A DNA stretch of 64,000 bases from Candidatus Moraniibacteriota bacterium (GCA_030645735.1 JAUSNP010000003.1:27608-91607), one strand, 5' to 3'; shown: positions 10,586 to 19,409, counted from the stretch's first letter. A program made the numbers and translations. Notes: generated from the letters alone by a model not told the origin.

Positions 10586-10615
10586 CCCAAAATAAAAAAG
10601 TGCAAGGCTCCGCGA
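10586..10615. repeat. Right copy of the 30-bp direct repeat; overlaps the 3' end of tRNA-Asn
   Basis: Identical to 9514..9543. Confidence 0.8.
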
Positions 10616-10679
10616 CCAGGACTCGAACCTGGAACCAATTGATTAACAGTCAACTGCTCTACCATTGAGCTATCGCGGA
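10606..10679 (-). tRNA. tRNA-Asn (anticodon GTT)
   Basis: Reverse complement reads TCCGCGATAGCTCAATGGTAGAGCAGTTGACTGTTAATCAATTGGTTCCAGGTTCGAGTCCTGGTCGCGGAGCC. 7-bp acceptor stem, D-loop AGCTCAATGGTAGAGC, anticodon loop CTGTTAA, T-arm GGTTCGAGTCC. Confidence 0.85.
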
Positions 10680-10772
10680 ACTTTGCACTTTTCTAGTGAT
10701 ACAAAGGTTGAATTTTTAAAGCCTAGTCATTATACCAAACCCAGATAAAAAATCAAGTTTTGGCCTCAAATC

Positions 10773-12248
10773 CTAATAATCCTTGAGTTTCTTGATCCCA
10801 TCATGCTCTCTGATCTTTTCCAAGGCTTTGGCCTCAATCTGACGGATACGTTCGCGGGTGACGCCAAATTCTTGACCCACCTCTTCTAAGGTGTGAACTA
10901 CACCGTCTTCCAAACCAAAACGGATTTTCAAGATTTTTTGTTCACGCGGAGTCAGAGAATTCAAAACTTCGGTCACATGATCTCGCAAAAGTTTGCGGGA
11001 AGCTACATGATGTGGCATGACGGTTTCGGTGTCTTCGATGAAATCTCCCAATACACTGTCGTCATCACTGTCGCCCACTGAAGTTTCCAGAGAAACTGTT
11101 TCTTGGGAAATTTTCATAATGTGGCGAATCTTATCTACTTCAATGCCCATTTCCACGGCCACTTCTTCCGGCAATGGTTCACGTCCCAAGTCTTGAACTA
11201 GTCTTCGAGTTATCTGAGTATACTTGTTGATTGTTTCCACCATATGCACTGGAATACGAATGGTTCGAGATTGATCAGCCAACGCTCGCGTGATGGCTTG
11301 GCGAATCCACCAAGTTGCATAAGTTGAGAATTTATAACCTTTAGTATAATCAAATTTTTCTACGGCGCGGAAAAGTCCAATATTGCCTTCTTGAATCAAA
11401 TCCAACAATGACAAATTGTGTGAGCGACCCACATATTTCTTGGCGATACTCACTACCAAGCGCAAATTGGCTTCAGTCAATTTTTGCTTGGCAATTGGAT
11501 CACCTTTTTCAATTCTTTTGGCCAATGAAATTTCTTCTTCTGTTTTCAGCAAATCTACGCGTCCAATTTCTCGCAAATACATTTGGACAAGATCAGAAGA
11601 TGCTTCTTCCGGCACATCAATTTCTTTTTTCTTTCTTTTCTTGCTAACTTTTTCTTCTTCAAAATCAGACACCACTTTGTCAGTTTCCATCTTGATCATC
11701 TCATCTGACCCCAAGACGCGCACGCCCATATCCTCCAGCTTTTCATAAAGATTACCTAGGTCTTCAATGCTTTTTTCGGCATCTGGAAAAGCATGCAAAA
11801 TTTCATCTTCGGTGATGAAACCTCTTTGCTTGCCACGATAGAGCAATTCTTCAGCGATGCTTTTTTTCTTTTCTTCCTTGGCTTTGTAGGGCACTACTTG
11901 TTTGCCTTGGCTGATTTTTTTCTCAGCACGACTTTGACCAACCTTGGCAGGCTTGGTAGCCTTTTTTGGTTCCACAACTTTGATAGCTTTGATAGCTTGT
12001 TTAGCTTTGACTGGCGCTGTCACTTTTTTCACAACTTTTTTTTCTTTTTTGGCCACTTTTTTCACCACCTTGGCAGTTTTTTTCGCCACAACTTTGCTAG
12101 CCTTTTTTGCAGGCTTAGTGGTTTTTTTAATAATCTTTTTGATAATTTTTTTGGTTACTTTTTTAACGGCTTTTTTGATAGTCTTTTTCACGAGAGCTTT
12201 TTTCTTTTTATTATTTAGAGGCTTTTTGCTGATTTTCTTTTTGGCCAT
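10773..12248 (-). CDS. rpoD: Primary sigma-70 factor RpoD with a ~120-aa Lys/Ala/Val-rich N-terminal extension
   Basis: Regions 1.2 to 4 are present ([40 protein letters not shown]; [24 protein letters not shown]). The N-terminus is KKxxKK repeats ([29 protein letters not shown]...). Confidence 0.9.
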   Translation of the reverse strand: MAKKKISKKPLNNKKKKALVKKTIKKAVKKVTKKIIKKIIKKTTKPAKKASKVVAKKTAKVVKKVAKKEKKVVKKVTAPVKAKQAIKAIKVVEPKKATKPAKVGQSRAEKKISQGKQVVPYKAKEEKKKSIAEELLYRGKQRGFITEDEILHAFPDAEKSIEDLGNLYEKLEDMGVRVLGSDEMIKMETDKVVSDFEEEKVSKKRKKKEIDVPEEASSDLVQMYLREIGRVDLLKTEEEISLAKRIEKGDPIAKQKLTEANLRLVVSIAKKYVGRSHNLSLLDLIQEGNIGLFRAVEKFDYTKGYKFSTYATWWIRQAITRALADQSRTIRIPVHMVETINKYTQITRRLVQDLGREPLPEEVAVEMGIEVDKIRHIMKISQETVSLETSVGDSDDDSVLGDFIEDTETVMPHHVASRKLLRDHVTEVLNSLTPREQKILKIRFGLEDGVVHTLEEVGQEFGVTRERIRQIEAKALEKIREHDGIKKLKDY

Positions 12249-12377
12249 ATTTTTGCTAATTTACAATTTCCAATTTTCAGTTTACAATGAATTTTCAATT
12301 ATTAAATTTTCAAAAAATAATAATTGAACATTGTAAATTTATTGTAAATTGTGAATTGATAATTGAAGATTTGTATA

Positions 12378-14252
12378 CTAGTTTATTGCTTTGTTTAGCA
12401 CGGCTTGTTCTGCATTGATGTTAGTGTATTCTTCACCTAAGAATTTCACGGCTAGCGCGTCAGATTTTTTTCTGGCAGCATCCAAGTCTTTTGAGATTTT
12501 ATCTAAACGACTTTTGTTAATTTCATATTTAATTTTTTGCAATCTATTTTTTGCTTCTGCCAAAGGTTTTTCGAGAACAATTTCTTCCAGACTATTGTCC
12601 AGACCGATTTTATATCGAGTTTCGAAATATATTTTTTCAGCCGCAGTTCTGTCGGATTGGGATTCAAGATTTTTAGTTAGCTCATCGAAACTAAAATGAA
12701 ACCCTCCGCCGTTTTGAATCATAACACTTAGAAGGCTATCTTTTGGAACAAAGGATAAATCCTCATTGTCCAACATTTCCTTCCAAACGTCGCTATAGAC
12801 TAGCATTAATCCAATTAGGTCTTTTGTGAGAGTTTCAATTTTGCCACTAGGGGCGAAGATCTTGCTTTCTTGCGGCAAGTCTTGTGAAGTTCTAACTACT
12901 CTATCTCTAAGACTAGCCTTTTTCAGCATATCCGTCAATATGTTCTCCTGAATATCAATTTCAGCCGCCAACTTTTTCAACCAATGGCTCTTCTCAATTT
13001 CATTGGCCAAAAAACCAATCATCTCCAAAAGTTCTTCGGAAATTATTTTTTTATCTTCAACTTTTTCCTTGTTATATTTCGAAAGCACTTTGTCAAAAAA
13101 ATATTCCATCGCCGGTCTCGCCTTCTCCACCGACTCACGCAAAATTTCTGGATTGTTCTTGGCCAAGTCAGCTGCGTCTTTGCCAGATGGCAATTGCACC
13201 ACGCGCACATTCACTTCTTTTTCAAAACACAGCTTGATGCTTTTTTTCGTGGCCAATTCACCGGCATTGTCCATATCAAAACACATATCAATTTTGTCAG
13301 CATATCTCTTGATGATGTTCAAATGTTCTTGCGTCAAAGCCGTGCCCGAAACGGCCACCGTGTTTTTGAGTCCGGCTTGATGCGCCGCAATTACATCCAT
13401 GTTGCCTTCCACTAAAAGTGCTGATTTTTGCAAACGAATTTCGTTCTTAGCGCGACTGATTCCATAGAGAATTTTGCTCTTGTGATAGACTTCGGTTTCG
13501 GGTGTGTTCACATATTTGGCTTGCGATTCATCTCCGCCTGGTGCCACACGGGCGCTATAGCCCACAACTTTGTCATTGGAATCAGCAATGGGAAACATTA
13601 TTCTATCTCTGAAACGGTCGTAGAAATTTGAAGCTACGCCAAGGTTCAACCTTGACGATGCCTGTGCGTTCTCCAAAGGTTGAACCTTTGAGTTGTTAGA
13701 ATTGTCTCTTTTCTCAACCAACAATCCTGTCTTTGCGATTTCTTCAACTGTAAAACCTTTCTTCATTAAAAATGACATTGTATTACTCCAACCATTGGGC
13801 GCATAACCCAAACGAAAATCTTTGATTGATTCATCATTGATGCCACGATCTTTCAAATATTCCAAAATTTTCTTGCCAGGCGCAGTTTGCAACAGATGGG
13901 CTTGATAGAATTTTGTGGCCATTTCCAAGATTTCCAAGGTGCGATTTTTTTCGGCCGCTTGCTTGGGATCAGTTTTTTTGAGTTCGACACCGGCCTTGTC
14001 TGCTAACAGAGTCAAAGCCCCTTTGAAATCCAAACCTTCAATATCCATCACAAAGCCAAAAATGTCGCCACCCTTCTGACAACCAAAACAATGCCAAATC
14101 TGTTTGTCTTCGCTGACCATAAAAGACGGGCTTTTTTCGTTGTGAAACGGACAATTGGCGCGCCAATTAGTGCCGGCTTTTTCCAAGCGGATATACCCTC
14201 CCAGAACATCCACGATGTTCAGACGCGATTTTATATCGTCAATATCAGACAT
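12378..14252 (-). CDS. dnaG: DNA primase
   Basis: Zinc-binding CPFHNEKSPSFMVSEDKQIWHCFGCQKGGD, TOPRIM region EGNMDVIAAHQAG, 624 aa. It sits upstream of rpoD in the classic dnaG-rpoD arrangement. Confidence 0.9.
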   Translation of the reverse strand: MSDIDDIKSRLNIVDVLGGYIRLEKAGTNWRANCPFHNEKSPSFMVSEDKQIWHCFGCQKGGDIFGFVMDIEGLDFKGALTLLADKAGVELKKTDPKQAAEKNRTLEILEMATKFYQAHLLQTAPGKKILEYLKDRGINDESIKDFRLGYAPNGWSNTMSFLMKKGFTVEEIAKTGLLVEKRDNSNNSKVQPLENAQASSRLNLGVASNFYDRFRDRIMFPIADSNDKVVGYSARVAPGGDESQAKYVNTPETEVYHKSKILYGISRAKNEIRLQKSALLVEGNMDVIAAHQAGLKNTVAVSGTALTQEHLNIIKRYADKIDMCFDMDNAGELATKKSIKLCFEKEVNVRVVQLPSGKDAADLAKNNPEILRESVEKARPAMEYFFDKVLSKYNKEKVEDKKIISEELLEMIGFLANEIEKSHWLKKLAAEIDIQENILTDMLKKASLRDRVVRTSQDLPQESKIFAPSGKIETLTKDLIGLMLVYSDVWKEMLDNEDLSFVPKDSLLSVMIQNGGGFHFSFDELTKNLESQSDRTAAEKIYFETRYKIGLDNSLEEIVLEKPLAEAKNRLQKIKYEINKSRLDKISKDLDAARKKSDALAVKFLGEEYTNINAEQAVLNKAIN

Positions 14253-14359
14253 TTTAGTATATATTAAGGTATATACACTATATTATACTAAGAGAAATAA
14301 GGCAAAAAAATATTCAGTATCCTAATTATAATTTAAGAAAAAAATTTAATAATACAAAA

Positions 14360-14391
14360 GACCCTGCCAACCGTTTTCGGCTAGCAGGGTC
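14360..14391 (-). terminator. Rho-independent terminator of the leuB-like gene
   Basis: gaccctgc...gcagggtc is an 8-bp GC-rich stem. On the minus strand it is followed by ttttgtatt. Confidence 0.6.
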
Positions 14392-14411
14392 TTACTCCTC
14401 ATTGTTCTAAA

Positions 14412-15506
14412 TTATTTGTTGCGAATGATTTCAACGACCATGTCGCCAAAACCACTCGTGGAAAGAATCTTCTCCGCGGGATAGCCACCAGCGAGTTCAT
14501 TGGTGGTATAACCCCGTTCGAAGACAGCAAAGAGAGTATCCCAAACCTCTTTGCCTTCCACTGGCAGATTGAGACATTTTTCAAACATTAGGGCAACACT
14601 GCCAATCATCGAATAGGGATTGGCGATGTTTCGGCCAGCAATGTCCGGAGCTGAACCGTGAGCCGGCTCCACATAGCCTTTATTAGGCCCAATGCAGGCC
14701 GAAGGCATCAAGCCCAACGAACCAATCACTCCGCCAGCCTGATCAGTGAGAATATCGCCCATCATGTTTTCCAGCAGACAGACGCCGTTGAACATGCTCG
14801 GATTGATTACCAACTGATAGGCAGCGTTATCAACCAGCACCGATTGATACGGCACTTCGGGATAATCCTTGGCCACTTCCTCAACCACTGCGTTCCAGAA
14901 GCGCGAGGTGGCCAAGACATTGGCCTTGTGAATGTTGATCATCTTACATTTCCGTTTTCGCGCCTCATCGAAAGCGACCAGCGCCACCCGACGTACCTGT
15001 TCTTCGGTGTAACAACAGTCATCCACTGCATACTGCATGTGGGTAGTTGGTCCCTCAACTTTTCCCCCAAAATAAATGCCGCCGACTAATTCCCGAATCA
15101 TCAGAATATCGATGCCGTCACCGAGATTCTCCGGCTTGAGCGGTGAAAAATGAGACAACGCCTTTGGCAATCTGACGGGCCGGTAATTGGCAAAAGTGTC
15201 ATAGCGCTGGCGCAGGGGTAGGATGGCACCGACTTCAGGCCGGTACTGCTGAGGAATCTCGTTCATCCGCTCAACCGCCAAACCGACCGGCCCCTTCATA
15301 ATTACATCGGCCCGATCGCAAACCACTTTGGTCTTCTCCGGGAAGGGCGAGCCCTCACTGAAGTAGGCACCGGCTCCGAAAGGCGCGAATTCCAAAGTGA
15401 ACTGATGGCCGTATTTTTCCTCAACTGCCTTCAGTACCTTTAAGGCCTCGCGCATGATTTCCGGACCAATCCCGTCTCCTTCCAGAACTGCTATCATACT
15501 CTTCAC
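14412..15506 (-). CDS. Isopropylmalate/isocitrate dehydrogenase-family enzyme (LeuB-like)
   Basis: IAVLEGDGIGPEIM N-terminus and HGSAPDIAGRNIANP C-terminal motif. GC is about 50% against about 38% for neighbours. An AAAGGAGG SD precedes a GTG start inside the longer track ORF (14412..15566). Confidence 0.75.
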   Translation of the reverse strand: MKSMIAVLEGDGIGPEIMREALKVLKAVEEKYGHQFTLEFAPFGAGAYFSEGSPFPEKTKVVCDRADVIMKGPVGLAVERMNEIPQQYRPEVGAILPLRQRYDTFANYRPVRLPKALSHFSPLKPENLGDGIDILMIRELVGGIYFGGKVEGPTTHMQYAVDDCCYTEEQVRRVALVAFDEARKRKCKMINIHKANVLATSRFWNAVVEEVAKDYPEVPYQSVLVDNAAYQLVINPSMFNGVCLLENMMGDILTDQAGGVIGSLGLMPSACIGPNKGYVEPAHGSAPDIAGRNIANPYSMIGSVALMFEKCLNLPVEGKEVWDTLFAVFERGYTTNELAGGYPAEKILSTSGFGDMVVEIIRNK

Positions 15507-15723
15507 TTGTACACCTCCTTTTGTTAAAGTATCGACTAAACCACAGTTTAAATAACAACTAAGCAATTTGCTTAGTTAAATAATGTATCAAAACGACGCA
15601 TCAGTGTCAATTTATTTTACAATTTAAAAAACACGTTGTTTGCGTGTTTTCCTTGATATAGATACTTAATATTCTCTTGCTTATATTATGCTACCCATAT
15701 ACTAACAGCGTATGGGCAGTAAA

Positions 15724-16599
15724 TCAATTGCCTATCTTTCTAACTTTTCCACCATGCAACATTTTTGCATTTTTATTTGTAATAACTTTCTTACCTGTTT
15801 TAGTTTCAATGTCTTTACGTGCATTGCCCGCTATGCCCCCACCTTCCCGCGCTACAATCTTGTTTTCATCTAAATTCTTTGGTTCACGAGTTTCAGAAAT
15901 TTCAGTGGTGGCTGTTTCGGCCAACATATTCAAAACCAATTCCAGATTAGTCATATTGTCACGCAAATTTTCTTTCTTGAGATTTTTATAGCTTTTGTAT
16001 TCTTTAGTTGTCATGCCCGCCCATGCCTGTGTGATTTCATTGGTCAAAATTGCAAACTCCAAGCCCTCTTTGACGCCTCGTTTTTCCCACTCATCTGTCA
16101 AAGATTTGCGAATTTCAATGCTCTTCAATCGTTGATTCACCCATTCTGGAGAATAGCCTTTTTGCAAATATGTTTTGAGAGCGCGATTGATTGCCAGTTC
16201 AGGATCAGCCATTTCCTCCAATCTTTCATAACCCACGCGTGCCAACCATAATTTGAATGGCTCTGCATTGGGTGAAGGAATAGATTGGATGAGACGCAAT
16301 AATGTTTCTGTATCAGCAACATCAGTGAGGCGCATTTTTCCATCTTGAGCAATCATTTTCAAACCGTTACATTTTGTAACGGTTTCATTTGAACCTTCAT
16401 CAATTAAACGCTTTTTAAGAACGCGCCAATATACTTGAGGATTATCACTATTTGTCAAAATTGAAATTACATCAACCACTGAAAAATACCACAATTCCTT
16501 TTCGCCATCCCACTGTCGACGGATTTCATTGCCTTCAAAAATTGCAACGACTTTTGTTTTTATTTTTTTCATACTATTTTTTTGAAAAATTAGACTCAC
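15724..16599 (-). CDS. DinD-like protein with an N-terminal Bro-N-type domain (paralogue 1 of 3)
   Basis: N-terminus FEGNEIRRQWDGEKELWYFSVVDVISIL is Bro-N-like. The C-terminus shares the ENLRDNM..ELV..ML and KKGGxIAGxAR blocks with the 20937..21779 and 39980..40828 copies, and from memory with E. coli DinD. An alternative start is the ATG at 16572. Confidence 0.65.
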   Translation of the reverse strand: MSLIFQKNSMKKIKTKVVAIFEGNEIRRQWDGEKELWYFSVVDVISILTNSDNPQVYWRVLKKRLIDEGSNETVTKCNGLKMIAQDGKMRLTDVADTETLLRLIQSIPSPNAEPFKLWLARVGYERLEEMADPELAINRALKTYLQKGYSPEWVNQRLKSIEIRKSLTDEWEKRGVKEGLEFAILTNEITQAWAGMTTKEYKSYKNLKKENLRDNMTNLELVLNMLAETATTEISETREPKNLDENKIVAREGGGIAGNARKDIETKTGKKVITNKNAKMLHGGKVRKIGN

Positions 16600-16600
16600 A

Positions 16601-16615
16601 GTGATATTATATCAT
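16601..16615. promoter_or_regulatory. 15-bp palindromic operator-like site GTGATATTATATCAT (consensus GTGnTATnATAnCAC), directly upstream of dinD-like paralogue 1
   Basis: The same motif with the same spacing occurs upstream of the other two paralogues (21807..21821 and 40852..40866). It is embedded in a TATAAT-like -10 sequence. Confidence 0.5.
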
Positions 16616-16677
16616 CTATCCATAGCCTGTCAATACACCTACGAAAAAACAGCCCAAAAGCTGTTTTGTTCATTTAT

Positions 16678-16765
16678 TGGCGGAAGAGGAGAGATTCGAA
16701 CTCTCGGTGAGTTTCCCCACACACGCTTTCCAAGCGTGCGCACTAGGCCACTATGCGACTCTTCC
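16678..16765 (-). tRNA. tRNA-Ser (anticodon GGA)
   Basis: Reverse complement reads GGAAGAGTCGCATAGTGGCCTAGTGCGCACGCTTGGAAAGCGTG...GAGAGTTCGAATCTCTCCTCTTCCGCCA. It has a long variable arm, anticodon loop TTGGAAA and an encoded CCA. Confidence 0.85.
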
Positions 16766-16780
16766 AGATTGTCACTTTAG

Positions 16781-16870
16781 CATATTAACATATTATCACG
16801 CCAGCATGCTAACAAAAAAGCATATTAACAAAAATAGATTTTTGCTAATATGCTAAAATGCTAGCATGTT
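16781..16870. promoter_or_regulatory. Direct and inverted repeat cluster (agcatattaaca x2, gctaa/ttagc, catgctagcatg) in the pyk upstream region
   Basis: agcatattaaca occurs at about 16781 and 16819. tgctaatatgctaaaatgctagcatg follows. Function unknown. Confidence 0.3.
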
Positions 16871-16878
16871 ACTATGTT

Positions 16879-18288
16879 TTATTCAACTATACGAATCCCA
16901 ACTAGCGCAATATCTTTGCCGCCTGGGACTCGTCCCAAGATGACCACTACTTTGTCTCCAGAAACCAAACGACCAGCGGCTTTGTTGAGTTCAATCATGG
17001 TGGTCACCAATTCTTCGCGATCTTGAGTTTCAAACAGATAGGCGCGGGCACCCCAAACGATGGCCATCTGATTGTAGGTCTTGGGATTGTGTGTGCCAAC
17101 CAGCATCATTTGCTCTGGTCGATGGTGCGCCATCATGCGCGCTGAGACCCCTGATTCACTGAAAAGCACGATGGCCTTGGCGCCAGCATTCATAGCCATC
17201 TCATGTGCACTGTGCATGATTGAGGCATAATCACTGTGCACAAAATTATCTTGGAAATGATCATTGATATCATCATAAGGTGATTCTTCCGTGTCAGTGA
17301 TGATTTGGGTCATAGTTTCCACCGCTTCGATTGGATATTTGCCATTGGCGCTTTCCCCCGACAACATCACCGCATCGGTGTGGTCAATGACCGCATTGGT
17401 CACATCTGACACTTCCGCGCGAGTTGGAATGGGATTGGTTATCATCGAATCTAACATTTGCGTGGCCACAATCACTGTCTTGGCTGCCGTCAAACACTTG
17501 GCAATGATTTCTTTTTGATACAAAATCACTTTGCTTTCAGCCAGTTCAATTCCCAAATCACCTCGTGCCACCATCACCACATCCGTGGCGGCAATAATTT
17601 CGTCGATATTATCAATCGCCTCTTTTCGCTCCACTTTCACAATGATTTGTGGCAAACTATCTTTTCTACCAAGAATTTTCTTGATCTGTTCACGGGTTTC
17701 CAAAACTTCTTGCGCATTGCTCACAAAAGACAAAGCAATGAAATCAACTTCTTCTCCCAAAGCAAATTCCAAATCTTTCTGATCTTTGTCTGTCACTGCG
17801 CCAAAAGGAACTTTTGTATCTGGCACATTAATACCTTTCCTTGGCTTGATTGTTCCACCATTTAAAACTTCAGCTCTGACACAATTTTCCAATTTCTCAA
17901 CAACTTTCAAGCGCATCACACCATCTTCAACCATAATCCGTTCACCCACTTGCAAAGCGGCAGCTACTCGATCAGAATCAATAATCATTTCTTTTTCCTC
18001 AGTAGTCTTTTGATCACTCACAAAAATTGTTTCGCCTTTTTCAATTTCAAAAGGCTCAGTGTTGCCCACCCGAATTCTTGGTCCTTGCAAATCAGCAATG
18101 ATACCTAACGGTCGCTTGATTTCTTTACGTAAGTCCTTAGCTAAATCAATAATTTTTTTGTGTGATTCATGCGTACCATGAGAAAAGTTCAAGCGAAAAA
18201 CATTCACACCCGCTTCCACAATTTTTTTCATATTTTCCTTGCTGTCTGAAGCTGGTCCGATAGTGGCAACTATTCTAGTTTTTTTCAT
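16879..18288 (-). CDS. pyk: Pyruvate kinase
   Basis: MKKTRIVATIGPASDSKENMKKIVEAGVNVFRLNFSHGTHESH and MVARGDLGIE motifs, 469 aa. Confidence 0.9.
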   Translation of the reverse strand: MKKTRIVATIGPASDSKENMKKIVEAGVNVFRLNFSHGTHESHKKIIDLAKDLRKEIKRPLGIIADLQGPRIRVGNTEPFEIEKGETIFVSDQKTTEEKEMIIDSDRVAAALQVGERIMVEDGVMRLKVVEKLENCVRAEVLNGGTIKPRKGINVPDTKVPFGAVTDKDQKDLEFALGEEVDFIALSFVSNAQEVLETREQIKKILGRKDSLPQIIVKVERKEAIDNIDEIIAATDVVMVARGDLGIELAESKVILYQKEIIAKCLTAAKTVIVATQMLDSMITNPIPTRAEVSDVTNAVIDHTDAVMLSGESANGKYPIEAVETMTQIITDTEESPYDDINDHFQDNFVHSDYASIMHSAHEMAMNAGAKAIVLFSESGVSARMMAHHRPEQMMLVGTHNPKTYNQMAIVWGARAYLFETQDREELVTTMIELNKAAGRLVSGDKVVVILGRVPGGKDIALVGIRIVE

Positions 18289-18385
18289 AAAATTTTATTT
18301 ACTTCTTTTATCAGTCTATATAATCGCACATAAAATAAAAACAGGCAACATCATAGTCGCCTGTTTTTATTTTATCGAATTGTAA

Positions 18386-18904
18386 CTAGTTTTTATACAT
18401 ATCCTTCACTTGGAATAGAATATACCATCCGATGATTGTGCCAATAATTGTGCCGACGATACCATGTACCGCAAGGATACCTCCGATCAAGCTGACAATA
18501 CTAGCATAGAAAAGCAATTTCCATGCGCCTTTAGTCCGTTTGAACAATCCTGGCACAGCAATGATTTCCATAACCACAGTAATAACTGCCACAGCAAGGG
18601 AAACGATTGTAGCGAAACCCCAGCCATATCCATAACCATAGCCATAGTAGCCATAGCCACCCATCATTGAAAATGGAGTCAGAACAGCGGTCAAACCGAT
18701 TGCAGCCAAAATAACTGGCAAGCCCATAACCGCAAAAATGATAATCAGATAGGGTGAAACTTTGACGATGAATTCCTTCACTTCTTTTGGCAAAGCAAAA
18801 GGAGCTTTTTTCACCATATATTCATCCAGCATAGCCTCCAATTGATTGGTGGCAGCTGCAGCCGTTTTTTCTGTTTCTTTTGTTTCTTCTGTCATATATA
18901 ACAC
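18386..18904 (-). CDS. Polytopic membrane protein with a GYGYYGYGYGYGWGF aromatic-Gly repeat
   Basis: Four predicted TM helices. The GY-repeat is in a loop. No family assigned. Confidence 0.5.
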   Translation of the reverse strand: MLYMTEETKETEKTAAAATNQLEAMLDEYMVKKAPFALPKEVKEFIVKVSPYLIIIFAVMGLPVILAAIGLTAVLTPFSMMGGYGYYGYGYGYGWGFATIVSLAVAVITVVMEIIAVPGLFKRTKGAWKLLFYASIVSLIGGILAVHGIVGTIIGTIIGWYILFQVKDMYKN

Positions 18905-18976
18905 CTGCCTTTCTAGTTTAAATATATAGATTTTCTAATTTCATTATATCACATATCCGGTTTTTGCCGTTATCCA

Positions 18977-19405
18977 CTATTCCCTGTTGCTTTCCACGAT
19001 TTCCCGCAGAATTTCTTCAGGAATTGGATTGTGCTCCGGACTCACCCCTGGATAGCGCCAGGCGCTGATGATTTTGATTTTGGACGGATTCAGAATCTTT
19101 TGCAAATTGTGAAAATGCAAATTTTGAATTTCATTGGCAATTTTGACTTTGGATTTTTTCTCCTTCTTAGTCTGATACATTGCCCAAATCTCCGTCTTCC
19201 AACTCATCTTGCCTTTGGCATCCATCTTCACTGACACGGGCTGCATCACGGCAATGGTGTTTTTCACAATACCCTCTTCTTTTCTCTTGGGCCGTTTCAC
19301 AATGCCCAGAACTTTCTGTTCGCTCAAACCATAAAACTTCATTTTCTCAATTGAATGAAGTGTCCACTGATATCGATCATTATTTTTTGGAAGTTTGAAT
19401 TGCAT
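18977..19405 (-). CDS. Hypothetical protein (possibly DUF4258-like, weak)
   Basis: 142 aa, Lys-rich. YQWTLHSIEKMKFYGLSEQKVLGIV resembles the H..ERM..RGI motif of DUF4258-type proteins. It ends 4 nt before the TrmB-like gene start. Confidence 0.4.
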   Translation of the reverse strand: MQFKLPKNNDRYQWTLHSIEKMKFYGLSEQKVLGIVKRPKRKEEGIVKNTIAVMQPVSVKMDAKGKMSWKTEIWAMYQTKKEKKSKVKIANEIQNLHFHNLQKILNPSKIKIISAWRYPGVSPEHNPIPEEILREIVESNRE

Positions 19406-19409
19406 AAAA

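Noticed and set aside
11416-12327. ORF-track entries on the plus strand inside rpoD (11416..11748, 11793..12218, 11944..12327). Similar antisense or overlapping ORFs sit inside dnaG (12984..13415, 13003..13380), pyk (17458..17865), polA (35747..36037, 36510..36911), gspE (46486..46749, 47927..48310), the LTD protein (52227..52517) and yebC (56204..56902).
   Set aside because: These are shadow ORFs fully embedded in, or antisense to, well-supported conserved genes. They show low-complexity or Phe/Leu-rich translations typical of AT-rich antisense frames.
12250-12377. AT-rich repeats (caattttca x2, ttgtaaatt x2) in the dnaG-rpoD intergenic region as a distinct element
   Set aside because: It is probably just the low-complexity AT-rich promoter region for rpoD. 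Repeats of this length are expected at this base composition.
16601-16615. LexA (SOS) box upstream of the DinD-like genes
   Set aside because: The palindrome GTGnTATnATAnCAC matches neither the gammaproteobacterial CTGT-N8-ACAG box nor the Gram-positive CGAAC-N4-GTTCG box. I keep it as an operator-like site of unknown regulator and do not assert SOS control.
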